A stretch of 56,057 nucleotides of DNA, the filler included, from Jimgerdemannia flammicorona (Eukaryota): the NCBI GenBank assembly GCA_003990765.1. It is 2 parts of 2 records of this genome, joined end to end, with 100 filler letters (N's around TTAATTAATTAA, not from the genome) between each part and the next. Parts side by side here need not be neighbours in the genome. Positions count along the whole stretch, not along the records: positions 1 to 27,984 come from RBNJ01000588.1; 1 more part is not named here. One strand, given 5' to 3'. This document shows positions 1 through 12,903 of the stretch, piece by piece (position 1 is the stretch's first letter; every line of letters starts with the position of its first letter). The notes under the pieces were generated by a model, which made no database searches, was not told where the DNA came from, and worked only from the letters and a program-made list of their open reading frames with translations. Made by a program: the position numbers and the translations under genes.

Positions 1-69
1 TTTTTTTATAGTCACTTGGACTCCGCCTTTATTACCAGTCTATGAATAAATATACATCATTCCGACCCA

Positions 70-3000
70 CTATCCAATCCCTACTGGGGGGCCTCTCCCT
101 ACTTCCTCATAAATGAAAATCACCCTTTCACTAACTACCCCCACTCTCCCCCCACTTTGCCCACAGATTTTCTCTACCAAGTGGTACCTCTGACCACCCT
201 GCATCCCCCAACCCAGCCACCAGCCTGTTAAGGTATCTTCCATAAGTCTATGCCATCGCAGCAGCTGGTCCCCCAAGCTCTGCCTCCTCCCATCCTCAAA
301 AACAAATAGCCAATGACTGGCCAACCCCACCCAAATTGCCAAAGCTCAACTCAAAGTAAGCCACTCCTTCTCTATCCTCCCTACCAATCTAACCCTCAAG
401 TCCTCCCATCATCCCTGTACTTCATCACTCCTACTCCATACCCCTAACAATCCCAAATTGTCTGCCAAAAATCCCCCAACACCTCACACTCTCCTAGCCA
501 ATGTTCCGGTGTCTGTATATAACCCCCCTCCTACCCTACATTATAGCACTCCTCACAGTTGAAGCAACCCCCTATAACCAGGTGCCTCGAGCGAAAATTG
601 AGCATAACGTTCCTCTGCAGCACACGCCACCAGACCACCCAGTACTTTGGTGGCAGCCACACTCTCACTGCAGCGCTCTAGGTCCAAACACTATGCCAGT
701 TCCACTCCTCACCAATTCCAGCTCCTTGCCAACCGCTAGGCCACAGATCCTGGCCTGGTCCCCTTTGGCATTCCATTCCATCACCAATGTCAAACTCAAC
801 TAAGAGAGTACCCCCCAGCAGTATACGGTCCCATCTCTACATCGCTGGGTCCCAATCCTCCTCACCTTTATTCCCCTGCCAACAAATGCCAATGCGGTGC
901 GCTCCTTTGGCAATTCCCCACCAAAATCCTTTATATCGTAGTTGGGCAGTGTTCAGAAGCCCAACCAAGGAGAGGAGATCACCAGTTGAGCCCCTTGGCG
1001 ATGCCTGCCTCTCCCATATCTTCTGTAACAGAGGAACCCATCCACCTCCTCTCAACTCCACCGCCCTCTTCAGCCACCATACTCTCAGGCAGTGTAACCG
1101 TTTTGGGAAGTCAACCAGCCCAAGACCGCCTCTTGCCACTGGTAGGGACAAGGTCTCCCAACTAATCTGACTCCGCCTGCCAGCCCAAATCCATCCCTTT
1201 GCCAACTTCAACAATCTCTTCACTACCCAGGCTGGGAAGTCCAGATGATATGCCAGGTACTACAACTTTGGCAGCCAGTAGACATTCAAAATCGAGACCT
1301 GCCCTGCCAGAGAAAAATGTCTTCCCCCCCAACTCCGCAGAGCCTCCTCCCAGATTCCAATCCTCTGCTCCTACCAAAGCTTGGGCAAAACTGACCCATA
1401 GACTGACAAGTAGATACCTAAGTACTGTACTGCTTCACCGGTGGGGACAATTGTTCCTATAACCTCCCCTCCCACCAGGCCATTACCTAGTACCATCGTC
1501 TCACACTTATGCCAATTCAGCTTAGCTCCAGAATGTTCCTCATACCACTCCACAGTCCTCTTGAGCTCCTCAACATCAGCAATCGAACCCAAGCCCACCA
1601 CCATGTCATCAGCAAAGGCCCCAACCTTCCATCCTATACCAAAGACAGAGAGCCCCACTATCCTCCGCCTAATCTAGTCCATAAGTGGTTCCAGGGAAAG
1701 AGTATACAAAATGGGGGACAATGGATCCCCCTGGGGCACTCCCCTTCCCAAGGGGAATGCTACCCCTCTATGTCCATTACATATGAGTACAGCTCTGCTC
1801 CCTTCCAGTAGGCTGACCATTGTTGACCGGAATTGATGCGGTACCCCCATTCTATCCAAAACTTTCTCCAGCCAGACTCTCTACACCCAGTCGTAAGCCT
1901 TCTCCTGGTCCAAGAAAACTAGACACCCATTCAGTCCACATGCCCTCACCCCTTCGATGATGCCATGCACCCAGGCAGTGCCATCCCTGATGAGCTGACC
2001 ACCCACAAATCCCCTCTGCTCAACACCCATGACTTGCTGGACCACCTTCTGTAGTCTTGCCACCACCACCTTAGTTACCAACTTTCTGTCTATATCTAGC
2101 AGCATTATTGGCCACCAGTTCCTCCAATCCTCCCGCCTTCCTTTGTTTTTGTAGAGCAGTGTCACCAGCCCAAGGTCCTGTTCCCCCACCCATCTACCTG
2201 TCCGTAGAATAAGGTCACACATCACTATCATCTCTCCCATCACCCCTGGGACTTCAACCATTCGCTTCCAAAAGTCCCAGGGCAGCCCATCCTCCCCAGG
2301 TGCTGTACCAGATGTTGTTGCGGCAAGAATCTGGTGGATCTCATCCTCCTTTATAGGCATCACCAGGTCCTCTAGCCCTTCAACTTGTGGTGGGTGCCAA
2401 TCCTCCAATGTTCATTCAATTGTAGCGGCATCTACCCCACCTTCCTCCTCACTCCACAATCCACTCCATCTCTCCTTCAGTGATCCAAGAATGTCCTGTA
2501 CACCATGCACCAGTACACCGTCAGAGTCCAATACCCCTTCCCACCATTGCTGGACCCGCCTTGCCCGAAGGGCTCTTGTAAGAAGCTTGGAAGGCCTCTC
2601 TCCTTCCTCTAGATCCTGCCAATGAAGCCGTGCTGCTAAGCTCTGTACCCTTGCCTCTTCCTCCTCCCGCAGCACCTGTTGAAGTTCCCCAACCTCCATT
2701 TTTGCCCTTATTAATCTCCAATCTCCTTTGCCCTCCAACATCATCAGCCTTGCCCACTCCTCCAGGAGCCTTGTTAATCTAGCAGAGGCCCAGTGCACTC
2801 TTCATTTACGCTGCTTCCCTGCCTCCTTGCCAGCCTCCTTCCAGTAAATCCTGGCCATTTCCTTCATCCTCATCCACCGAGTCCCAACTGCGGCCCCTTC
2901 CTGCCTCCAGTTCTCCACCCTCAGCTGAATGTCTTTAGCCCACTCATCTCATTAGGTCTTGTCATCTAACAAAGAGGAATTGAGGTGCCAATGTCCAGGC

Positions 3001-3724
3001 CCATCCCCACTTCCCCCAAAGCACCCCTGTCCCAAAAGCCCCCAGTGATCCGACCATGGACACCATTCCACCTCCAATGATTTCCAAACATCTAGTCCCC
3101 AGCAGCAGGCTGTCAAAATCCAATCGATTCTAGTCCCCAGACCCCCTGCCCAATGGGTATAGACCCTCCTACTCCCCCAGCACTCCCTACCAGCATCCAA
3201 TAGTGCACTCAGCCTCTCCACTTCCTCCCATGCCACCAGCCCTCCACTCCTGCTCTCAGCACCTTGGTCTCCATCTGATCTATCCAGCAGTATATCCCTA
3301 ACCATATTGAAATCTCCCCTAGCACATCCATCTCTGCCTCCACAAGTAATCTACTCTCCTGTAAGCCTTTCACCCAATCGACCCTATCACTCTGTACCGC
3401 AGGGCAGTAGCAGGAATCAACCATAACTGGCTCCCAGCCTGCCCTAATCCACTCTCCCCAGACCAGTCTCTCCCCCCAGCACTGTACATTCTGTATCTCC
3501 CCTCTGCCTTTCCTAACTAAAATCCCAACCTTGCCCTTCCAAATCGCCGCACCTCCCCATTCCTTCGTCCATTCTAACCTATCAGAGTTATCTTCGCACT
3601 AGACATCCTGCAAGAGGAAGAGATCGGCCTCCAATCCCTTCATCCAAGTAAAAATGTTCCTATGTCGAGAAGCGCCCCATAACTCATTCACGTTCAAAGA
3701 GAAAATATTGGTTGTACTGTTCAT
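70..3724 (-). pseudogene. LINE ORF2: APE endonuclease + reverse transcriptase + C-terminal Cys/His module
   Basis: Endonuclease motifs SLNVNEL, LFLLQD, TRIDWIL, WSDH. RT motifs APGEDG, LDQEKAYD, GVPQGDPLSP, AFADD, QYLGI. CxxC...H...C near 480-560. Broken by stops and frameshifts. Confidence 0.92.
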
Positions 3725-3757
3725 ATTGATGATATATGTGATGTTGTCAATCCGCCT

Positions 3758-5782
3758 CTACTGTTCTATGCTCATCTCCTCCTGTGCCCTGTCCAAATTA
3801 TGTTCCACAGCCACCTCCTCCTCTTCAGCCCTCTGAGCCTCCAATCCAGCCAGCAGTTCATTCATCTCGCCATTGGCCTTCTCCTCAAACTCCTCTCAGT
3901 ATTTGATGTATGCTTTCTGCCAGAGCTATAATCCATGTCACTTGTTCCAGCAGTATTCAGCCCTTTCTCCAGCAACAACTGCCATCTCCTCCTCCCTCTC
4001 CTTATCCACCTCATATCCTTCCTCCTCCAGGTACACCGCAAGAATTTCCGCCTTCAATGCCTTCATCACGCCATCTCCCTGCAGTATTCCCGCCCAATGC
4101 TCATCACTCATCACTCACAAGTCTACTTCCCCTAACTCTTCCGCTGCTAGGTTATTCATCATCCGGCACATCCAAAGCAAGTTCCCCACCTCTTTCCCCC
4201 CTGGAGTCGCCAGCCTCCCTCCATCCAACATTGTGGTGTCAGCTCCAGCACTTGCAGACTCATCCCATACTTCCGGGACATCCACCAGTTTCTCCTTGCC
4301 ATCCACCTCCACCTGTCCCCCATATGCCACCTCTGGAACTCCAAATTGCACCTGCTGGGCCCCTCGCATTGGTACATCTTCCACCACCCTATTCCGGGAA
4401 GCCGGGCCACACCTGATGAGAGGGGTAGGGGTAGGGGAACCCACCCAGTCCTCCTCCCACACCTCCAGTGTACCATCCGCATACAGGTCCTTCCCCGCCT
4501 TCTTCTTGTCCTCCCCCACCTCCTTCTTGTCCTTCCCCTCCCCCTCACCGGCCCAGACACTTGCTCCAGCTCCCCCTGTGCCCTTCACCTTGCTCGCCTC
4601 CCCCAGTGGTCCGCTATCCAGCTTGGCCAACAACTCCTTCTGCTTCTTGTGCCCCTGAGCCCTTTCCCACTGCTCCTTGGTCACTCGAATCTGCTTTCCA
4701 TCCACCACCTCCAAGTGTGTCACCTCTTCAAAAGCCTCCCAAGCCTTCGCTTGCCTCTCCACAGCCCCCCCAAGCTCTTCAAGTGCTTCCAGTAAATCCT
4801 CCTCCTCGTCCTCACTCCCCTTCACCCTTGTCACCTTACACAGGATCGCTCCCCAGACCATCACTGAAGGCCAATCCCTTGCCTTCCCAGTGGCTTCCTT
4901 CCCAGCCAGCCAAATCCTCACATCCACATCACCAGTCCTGAGCAAGGTCCCCTCCTAGACCCTGAACCTGATATCGACTACCTCGCCATATTCCGCCATG
5001 AAATCCTCAACCCTCTTCCTTGTCTCCATTACTGTCACCATCGGCACTCCCTTCACCAGCAGTTGGACCACTCTGGGGTCCCACTTCAAGCACCGTGCCA
5101 TAGGAACACATACCTCCCCAACCACTAATCCAACCTTCAGCGCCTCCTCCAGTGGTGCCACCTCCTCAAAACCCACCTCCACTCCTTCCAGTCCCTTCAA
5201 AAACTTCACAGATGCTGCACCTGCCACCTGCTTAGCGATGAGCCCTAGTACCATTTTTGCTGTCACTGCCAGGCCCCGGAAGCATAGTGTGACCACGAAT
5301 GCCGAAATCGATTTCTTGAGTAATAGAGCCACCGCCAGACCCATTACACTATCTGCCAAGTCCCCTTGCCTTCTAAGCCTCAGCCACTCAGCCTCACCAT
5401 CAGCCGTCACATCTGGATTTTTTTCCAGATCGACAGTCCCAACACCATTAGCAGTCACACCCTCCCCAGCCACTACTCCCGCAGCTCCACCACCCCCCCT
5501 TCTAAGGGCTGCACCCCCTGGCACCATCTCCTTCTCAGTCCCCTTGCCCTTCTTCAGCCAGCCCTCCAGCCCCAATGCCTGCTGCCTCCCCTTCACCATC
5601 TCCATGAAGCTTGCCCTCCCAGATCCTGATCCTCCACCACCTCCTCCACCCCTTCCATGTCCACCTGCCAGCAGGCCCCTCATACCGCCCCCCAGGCCTG
5701 GCCCCCTCCCCACCTGCTGCCAGTCGAAAGCGCTAGGGCCGCTCTGCCCAGTACGCACCTCAGATTGTCTGTCGGTTGCTAT
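3758..5782 (-). pseudogene. LINE ORF1 (Gly-rich N-terminus, RRM-like core, acidic coiled-coil C-terminus)
   Basis: ORF-track pieces 4955-5758 and 4115-4945 are in one frame. The probable start ATG is mutated to ATA at 5782. The stop at 3758-3760 lies just before the ORF2 ATG. A homologous segment occurs at 17159-17614. Confidence 0.8.
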
Positions 5783-5866
5783 GTTGTTAGTCTCTTTTCG
5801 CTAAAAACATTGTCGAAAGTGCCTTCCAAAGGTTGTGTAACCTGAATGGTACTGGAAAGAGCCGTC

Positions 5867-8800
5867 ATTGGATATTGTCTATAGCGATATGCCAATTCAA
5901 CTAAACTGGTCTTAGTTTCTTAAACTTTCTGAAATATGGAAAATCCTGAACATCCAGAACTAGTCCAAAAAAGGACTTTGGTTGAGATGTCAATCTAATC
6001 TTGAAATCAATAAGCATAGAGGATGTACTCCATATGAAATTGATCTTGACCATAAGAAAACAGTCTTTCAGAATATCCAGAACTTCCAGAAAACCCTTCC
6101 AGAACTATATAACAGTTACTCTAAAAAGTAACCCTCTTACAACTTAGTAGCAGTGGTTTACAATCTAATTCTGCTTCAAGATACTTTCTCACCCTGCTAT
6201 AAACTCCTCTGCAAATTCCTATAAGTTGGTATAAAGCCCAACCTCTGAACTAGAATTTATTCTGAACCATCTGACAATCTGAAGAGAATTGAACCTGATG
6301 TATAAGGACAATTTGACCTCCACACCTGTAACAAGTGAGACAAACTTCATTCAAAGAAAGAAGTACTCCAATTAAATCAGCAAATAGGCAAAACCCTATT
6401 CACCAAACTCCTTACACTATACCCAGCAAGTCAAGATGAAAAAGGTCTTATAGAAGCCTTCTTTACTCTTCTCAACAAGAGTTTTGTCAGCTCTACAAAT
6501 CTGAGCAACCTAGGACAACCAGCAGCAGTCTTTCTAGCCTTAGTTCCTCATGAAGCCTAAGTCTCTGTAGCTAAGTGGCTCAACTCTACTGACTTTCACT
6601 GTACCAGGACCAAGACTGCATTATACTACTGATTCCAGAACAGCAAGGCCCACCATATTCTTAAAGAAGAAGCAAGAGAAACTCTTCATCAACTACCTGA
6701 CCCTGAATCTGAAGCAGGCCCTGCTACAGCCCTACCTGAATCTGAAACCAATACTGAACCAGAACTTGACTTTGAATTAAGTCCATCTGAAATCAGATAT
6801 ATAACTGACTTTGTCTACTTTGATGTCAAGCAAACCCAATTACATAGAGACCAAACCAAAGAAGAGGAGGAGTATCTCAGTGAATTCAATCTCAGATATA
6901 CCATTGAAGGAGATACACCTCCATCAGGCCAGAATACACCTATACAATAACAAACAGTTATCTATCAAGCCCTCACTCCAGACCCACAACTACTACTCTA
7001 GTAACTTATACAGACCCAAAGAACCCCATCACACTCTGTACCAGTACCTCAAGTAGTACCAGTAACACCACTACCAGTAGTCCAACTGTCTCCAGTGAAC
7101 AATATGGCAAACTAACAGATTCTAGACCTTATAGCTCAAGTAGCTATAATGGCTACAACCATTACTGCCCTAGCTGAACAGATCCAACCTACTAAAAATC
7201 TGAGTCTACCTACCTTCAATGGTATTGCACAAGAAGTCCAAAGCTTTATTAGTGTAGTTGACACCAACTTTGAAGCCAATCAATAGACAAATGAGTAAGT
7301 TGCTGACCATGTTCTGATAAACAATCAAGACCACACTCTGGAACAACTCTTTGCTACCACTACAGCCTATGTCCGCTAAGTTGTTACATTCTTCTGAGGA
7401 TCTGCCAAAGAATAGTAGTGAACTCTTCCTGAAAAACCCCTCACATGGGACACCTGACCTGTAGTAGTTGCTCAGAATATAGCAAATAATGCCCCAGGAT
7501 ATGGAGCCCACTCTGCAGCCCCTAGACTCAAACAACTCATGATTGCTCAATACCATAGTGAAATGATGATTGCTGAATCTTGAGTAAAACTCCACAATCT
7601 GAAATTTGATATGTATGGCAAAGAAGAATTTGAAACCTTCTGTACAAAACTCAAGTCACTCTTGAATACTATTGGCCTAGGATATATTACCAATGATGAA
7701 GCATAAAATGGTATAAGAGCAGACCATTTATTTGATGCACTATCTGAATGGCTTATTAGAAAAATCTGAGAACAAGGCCACCCAGTTAGTTGTGATCACC
7801 AACAATAGTGCCTGGCAAGAATCAAGACTATGGTCAAGCAAATCCTAACAGCTGGACCAATTCTTCCCTGAAGACAATTCAACAACAAGAAAAAGACTTG
7901 GACCAAGAAAGAAGAACTCAAGTATGAAGCATCCCGAGCTCCCTCCACATCCACCTCTTGGACACCCAGAAATCATAAACCCACCCAGCCAAGTACCTTC
8001 AAGAAACTAACTGAAGGAGAAAGGAATGAACTTTGAAGAAGCGGAGCATACTTCTATTGCCAAAAGACAGGACACATGGCCAGTGCCTGCCCTAACTGAA
8101 AACTCCAAACAGCAATACAAGCAACTGTTACCACTCTGCACCACCTCAATAACCTGACTACCAGAACACTAGACTTTGTCAAGTTAAGGCAAACTGCTAA
8201 GGCCCCAACCAAAGGAAGTCAAAAAGCAGCTGGATATAACCTATATGCTGCTGAAGAAGCTACAGTTTCCAACCAAGAAGTTAAGCAAGTCTATATAGGA
8301 ATCAGCATCCAAATTCCTGAAGGACATGTTGGAAGAATATACTGTCACAGCAGCCTAGCATTGAAAGGACTCTCAGTAGAAGAAGGAGTCATTGACAAAG
8401 ATTATACAGGCAAAATTATTGTCCTTATCTGAAACCATAGTTGGATACTCTTCAAGATCTCTATTGGTTTCTGCATTACCCAGATCCTATTTGAGAAAAT
8501 TGAGTCAACCCTGACAGTTAAGGAAGTCCCTGAACTACTACCTACCATCTGAGGATCCAAAGAATTTGGCTCATCAAACAAGGCTCCAGCCTAATCTATC
8601 ATGAGCAAAGAAGAACAATTCTACAAGAAAATCAAAGACAGATATGTACCAAGTGGCCAATGTCCCCATGGCATTGAAATGTACTCTTCCCGAATGATTG
8701 ATGATTGCTTCTCTTGTGTCAATGAACTGGCTCAAAGAAGAACTAACCAAAGAAAAGCTCCTATAACTGAAATTACTACCATTAGATCAGACAAACTGCT

Positions 8801-11005
8801 TACACTTAAAGCTTTTGTCAACTGAGTATCTGTCAAGATTATGATAGACAATAGTATCTCAGGCAACTTCATCAATAAAGAAATAGCCAACAGACTCAAG
8901 GTCTTCACCTCTCTGGTATAATAAACTCAAGCAGTTGCCATAGCTGATGGAACCTCACATGTTATTAGCAAGGAAGTCCACAACCTACCCTTCTGAATTG
9001 GTGACTATTGAGTACATATTACCCTCCAGATCATACTACTTCCTGACAATGAAATCATCCTTGGGACTCTATGGTTGAAATAAGAGAACCCCATGATCGA
9101 TTGGGTAAACCATTCTCTGACCATCAAGAAAGGATGCCATAACTTCAAACTGTAAGGCAAAAAGGACCCACTCAACTCTAGTGACCCTGGACCAAAGATC
9201 ACCCACATCAACAAGCTACAACTCAAGAAATTGGTCAAGAAATGCCCTCTCTTTGCTATCTCCATCTGTCCATCCAAAGGAGAACCCAAGAACTCTGAAG
9301 AAGACTTTTCTAAAGTTGACAGCCATATCAGACCCCTACTCCAGAAAGTCCAAGACATATTTCTGAACTGAACCACAGAACCACCTGTACCTGTCATTAT
9401 TAATGACCAAGTAGAATACAAAGTTAAACAAATCCTTAACAAACACAGCTACAAGAACCATCCAAATGGTATAACAACACCAGAACAAATTAGAAGGCTC
9501 TGATGAGGACGTCGAAAGCTAAGAAGGGGAGAGTTATAAGCGCACAACCTCCAAGCTACCAAAATCGCATAGCATCCTCAGAACTAATTTGGAAACCACA
9601 TGTGAGACTACAAAACAAGTTACTGAAGAGATCATCTGATTACACAAAATATGCCAGCAAGTATGAGAATCCACTGCTAAGATACAAGAATACTAGAAGA
9701 AGTACTACAACCATAAGACTGACTCTGAACTGCTATAACTAGTTTGGTTTACAAAAGGAAACCAAAAGTACCAAACTCAAATCGAGATAAGAAGAACTCT
9801 ATCTCATCTACCAAAAGGTTCACAAACTGCACTTATCAACTCAAGATCAAGATATACTACAACTATACAAGACCTCATTACTTAGCAGAAGCAAAATGTA
9901 TTTGAATAACTCTGTTTGCTCTATCTGTGTCATCTCTGTTGGAGAGTAACAGATGCTTCATCTGAACTCAAGAAAGCCAACATCATCGAAACCAATCTCA
10001 AGTCATACACATGACAGATATTACTACTAGAAATTGCCTTGGATTATAGAAAATATTATTTCTGAGAGGTTCAAACCCCCAGCTGTAACATTGGGAGCCC
10101 TTACCCTAGATGAGAATGGCCAGTCCTCACAAATGTGCCAGCAGACTAAAAAAAAAGAGAACCAAGACCTGTTATTCTTGTACAACTACTGCCACCAAGG
10201 ACAGCCTTAATCTTGCAAGAGATAGAAGTAATGACACCTTGAAACTGATGATATCAGAAGTCAGAAAACTGCTCAGACTTTGCTAGTGATAATGTCATCA
10301 ATAGTGATGTCATCAAAGACTAACCAAATAGCACCTAAACCTATAAATAGCTTATCAGTCATAGTATAGTTAGATTAGCCCCATACAATATGACTATAAA
10401 CTGACTCAGCATTCAGATATGTCAGATCACTCTTATACTATGTGACTGTATTCTGACTCAGCAAGGCACTTAGTACTATATCTATATCTAGCATAGTCCA
10501 GATAGCCTCTCACTAGTATAAATACCCCCTTCCACAGATCTCAGAATCTCAGACCTGAACAATCCAAACATAGCCCCTGAGTACTTCCCCACAATATTCC
10601 TTCATATAACTACTCCTAGTATAGCAATATCATGAATAGCGAATAAACCTATTTAATAACCCACAACCCACTCTTAAGTAAATCTACTCTCTATTAGGTC
10701 CCACTTCTAACCCCATCACGAAATTTCCTAATTGGGTATTGTCTGCAGCGATACGCCAATTCAACTAAGCTGGTCTTAGTTTCTTGAACTTTCTAAAATA
10801 CAGAAAATTCTGAATATCCAGAACTAGTCCAAAAAAGGACTTTAGTTGAGATATCAACTCAATCTTGAAATCAATAAGCATAGAGGATGTACTCCATATG
10901 AAATTGATCTTGACCATAAGAAAACAGTCTTTCAGAATATCCAGAACTTTCAGAAAACCCTTCCAGAACTACATAATAGTTACCCTAAAAAGTAACCCTC
11001 TTACA
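5867..11005 (+). mobile_element. Ty3/Gypsy lineage A copy A1: non-autonomous deletion derivative (gag-dUTPase-PR retained; RT/RH/IN deleted)
   Basis: Partial 5' LTR 5867-6140, PBS ~6144, zinc knuckle ~8050-8092, dUTPase ~8170-8577, protease ~8845. At ~9362 it jumps to the pre-chromodomain sequence, and at ~9473 to the pre-PPT sequence. PPT AAGAAGGGGAGAG at 9521-9533. Colinear with 39790-46574. Confidence 0.92.
9535..11005 (+). repeat. 3' LTR of A1 (1471 bp) with a variant U3
   Basis: Starts TATAAGCGCACAACC (TGT>TAT) after the PPT and ends CTTACA. The first ~30 bp and ~10288-11005 match the A2 LTR; the segment between does not. Confidence 0.88.
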
Positions 11006-11148
11006 GCTTGATATAGAGGATATGATCAATACTATGACCCATCAAATCCAAGAACTTCAAGTATAACTAAAATAGCAGAAAACAAGAACTATAAGTACAT
11101 TATATTCTGCTATAGTACTAGTCAGTTTTAAGTTACTTAAGTCAGATA

Positions 11149-12739
11149 CAGTGACAGCCAAAACTGTAACAATGTTTAGTTATTTTTTATATATAATTAT
11201 ATTATAGCTTCAATATAAATACAATAAAATCCAAATTTTTACCATTAATAATATAGTATCTTAGCTTTTGAATGGTATATTTTTTATTTTATTTAGATAA
11301 ATATAGACATTAATATAACCATTTTAAGTTATATTACCATTGTTACAGTTTTGACCCTCTTGGCCATCCAAACCTGTTTGGGTTCACCACGTACCATTAA
11401 GTTGGGCTATAATTATCCACTTTTACTACAGTGTTGTTTCAGACATTCTTTACCACTCTATGGTGTTTTGCCATCATTTTCAAGCAATGAAAAAGCTTTC
11501 TGTTGACGTTCATAACAACATCATCCACTTACTGCAATCCAGTTTATCCACATGCAAGATTGCCAAAGAAACCAATGTGAGTGTGATGACAGTAAACCAC
11601 ATAAAAATGATATATTGCAACAATATTCCTTCATCAGAAGGTGGCTGTCCAGCTATGTTTTCAGCCCAGGATGAAGTATAGATCACCCACCAAGTTACAA
11701 TTGGCAAAGCAGATAATGCCACCAGGGTCGTAAAAGCCCTTCAAGAAAGTGGCAAAAAGGCAAGCCTTAGTATGGTAAAATGAACGCTCCGAAAGGCTGA
11801 CCTCAAAGCATATGTGAAGCAAAAGAAATCACTTTCACTATCTCGCTACATAAAGGCATGCTACGAATTTGCTACAAAATACAAGCATTGGACAGTTGCC
11901 AACTGGAAAACCATTGTATTTTCCGACGAAATGAAGATTAACTATTTGGGCTCCGATGGATGCGAATGGATATAGCATAAATCGGGTGGTGGTGAGGAGC
12001 TCCAACCGAACCAGGTGACCAGAATACTAAAATTTGGTAGCAGATTGTTAATGCTTTGGGGATGTATGATGTATAAGGGTATTGGATATGCATGCCAAAT
12101 CAAAGACCAAATGAATGCCAAATTATATACTAGTATTCTTGATGATGAATTGCTTCAAATAATCAAGTATTACAAATTTAATCAAAAAAAGATCACCTTC
12201 CAACAGGATAATGATTCCAAACATATGTCCAAAATGGCATGTGAATGGTTCAAAAACAACTCTATCTATACGTTAGACTGGCCAGTGCAATTGCCAGACT
12301 TCAACCCCATCGAATATTTATAGTGTGAACTTAAAAAACAGTTGAATGCATATGACAAACCACCCAAAGGAATGCTGGAATTATGGGAGTATGTACAGCA
12401 TGTATGGAATAACATTCCTAAAGATGTTTGTATCAAATTAATTGAAAGTATGCCCAGGTGCATTGCAGCAGTATATAAAGCCAAAGGTAGATATGTTAAA
12501 TACTAAATAAAAATAAATAAGAGGTTTGGATAACCAAGAGGGTCAAAACTGTAACAATGGTAATATAATTTAAAATGGTATCTATATTTATCCAAATAAA
12601 ATAAAAAATATACCCTTCAAAAGCTGAGATACTATATTATTAATGGTAAAAATTTGGATTTTATTGTATTTATATTGAAGCTATAATATAATTATATATA
12701 AAAAATAACTAAACATTATTACAGTTTTGGCTGTTACTG
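11149..12739 (+). mobile_element. Tc1-family DNA transposon with ~225 bp TIRs and TA target duplication
   Basis: TA at 11147-11148 and 12740-12741. Ends CAGTGACAGCCAAAACTGTAA / TTACAGTTTTGGCTGTTACTG. Inverted repeats ~11149-11376 and ~12522-12739. Confidence 0.96.
11487..12506 (+). pseudogene. Tc1 transposase, DD34E, ~339 codons with 4 in-frame stops
   Basis: HTH-like N-terminus, then IVFSDE, FQQDNDSKH and PDFNPIE, with 34 residues between the second D and E. Stops at ~11679, 11781, 11972 and 12321. Confidence 0.93.
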
Positions 12740-12903
12740 TACCTTCAATAGTTATTAAGGAGGATTATCTACAGATATATGGATCTTCCAGTTGGACCAA
12801 TACTTTGAGCTTATAAAAATGGAAAAAGATATACAAGTCCAATTTGCCACCACACTTCTTCAAGAGAATACAACTATTTGGTAGCACAATCATATTATAA
12901 TTA

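Larger units (their letters stand above)
1..5866 (-). mobile_element. Near full-length L1/Tx1-like non-LTR retrotransposon (copy 1), inactivated
   Basis: Poly(T) at 1-7 is the poly(A) tail, with AATAAA at ~22-27 on the minus strand. ORF1 and ORF2 are in tandem. The 5' end abuts Gypsy LTR sequence at ~5867. Confidence 0.93.

Noticed and set aside
8..30. AGTC-CAAGT-GACT hairpin at the LINE 3' end as an RT recognition signal
   Set aside because: The stem is only 4 bp. Conservation among close copies is not informative.
3873..5804. Long plus-strand Ser/Pro-rich ORFs (also 16894-17841 on the minus strand)
   Set aside because: They are antisense shadows of purine-rich LINE ORF1 sequence.
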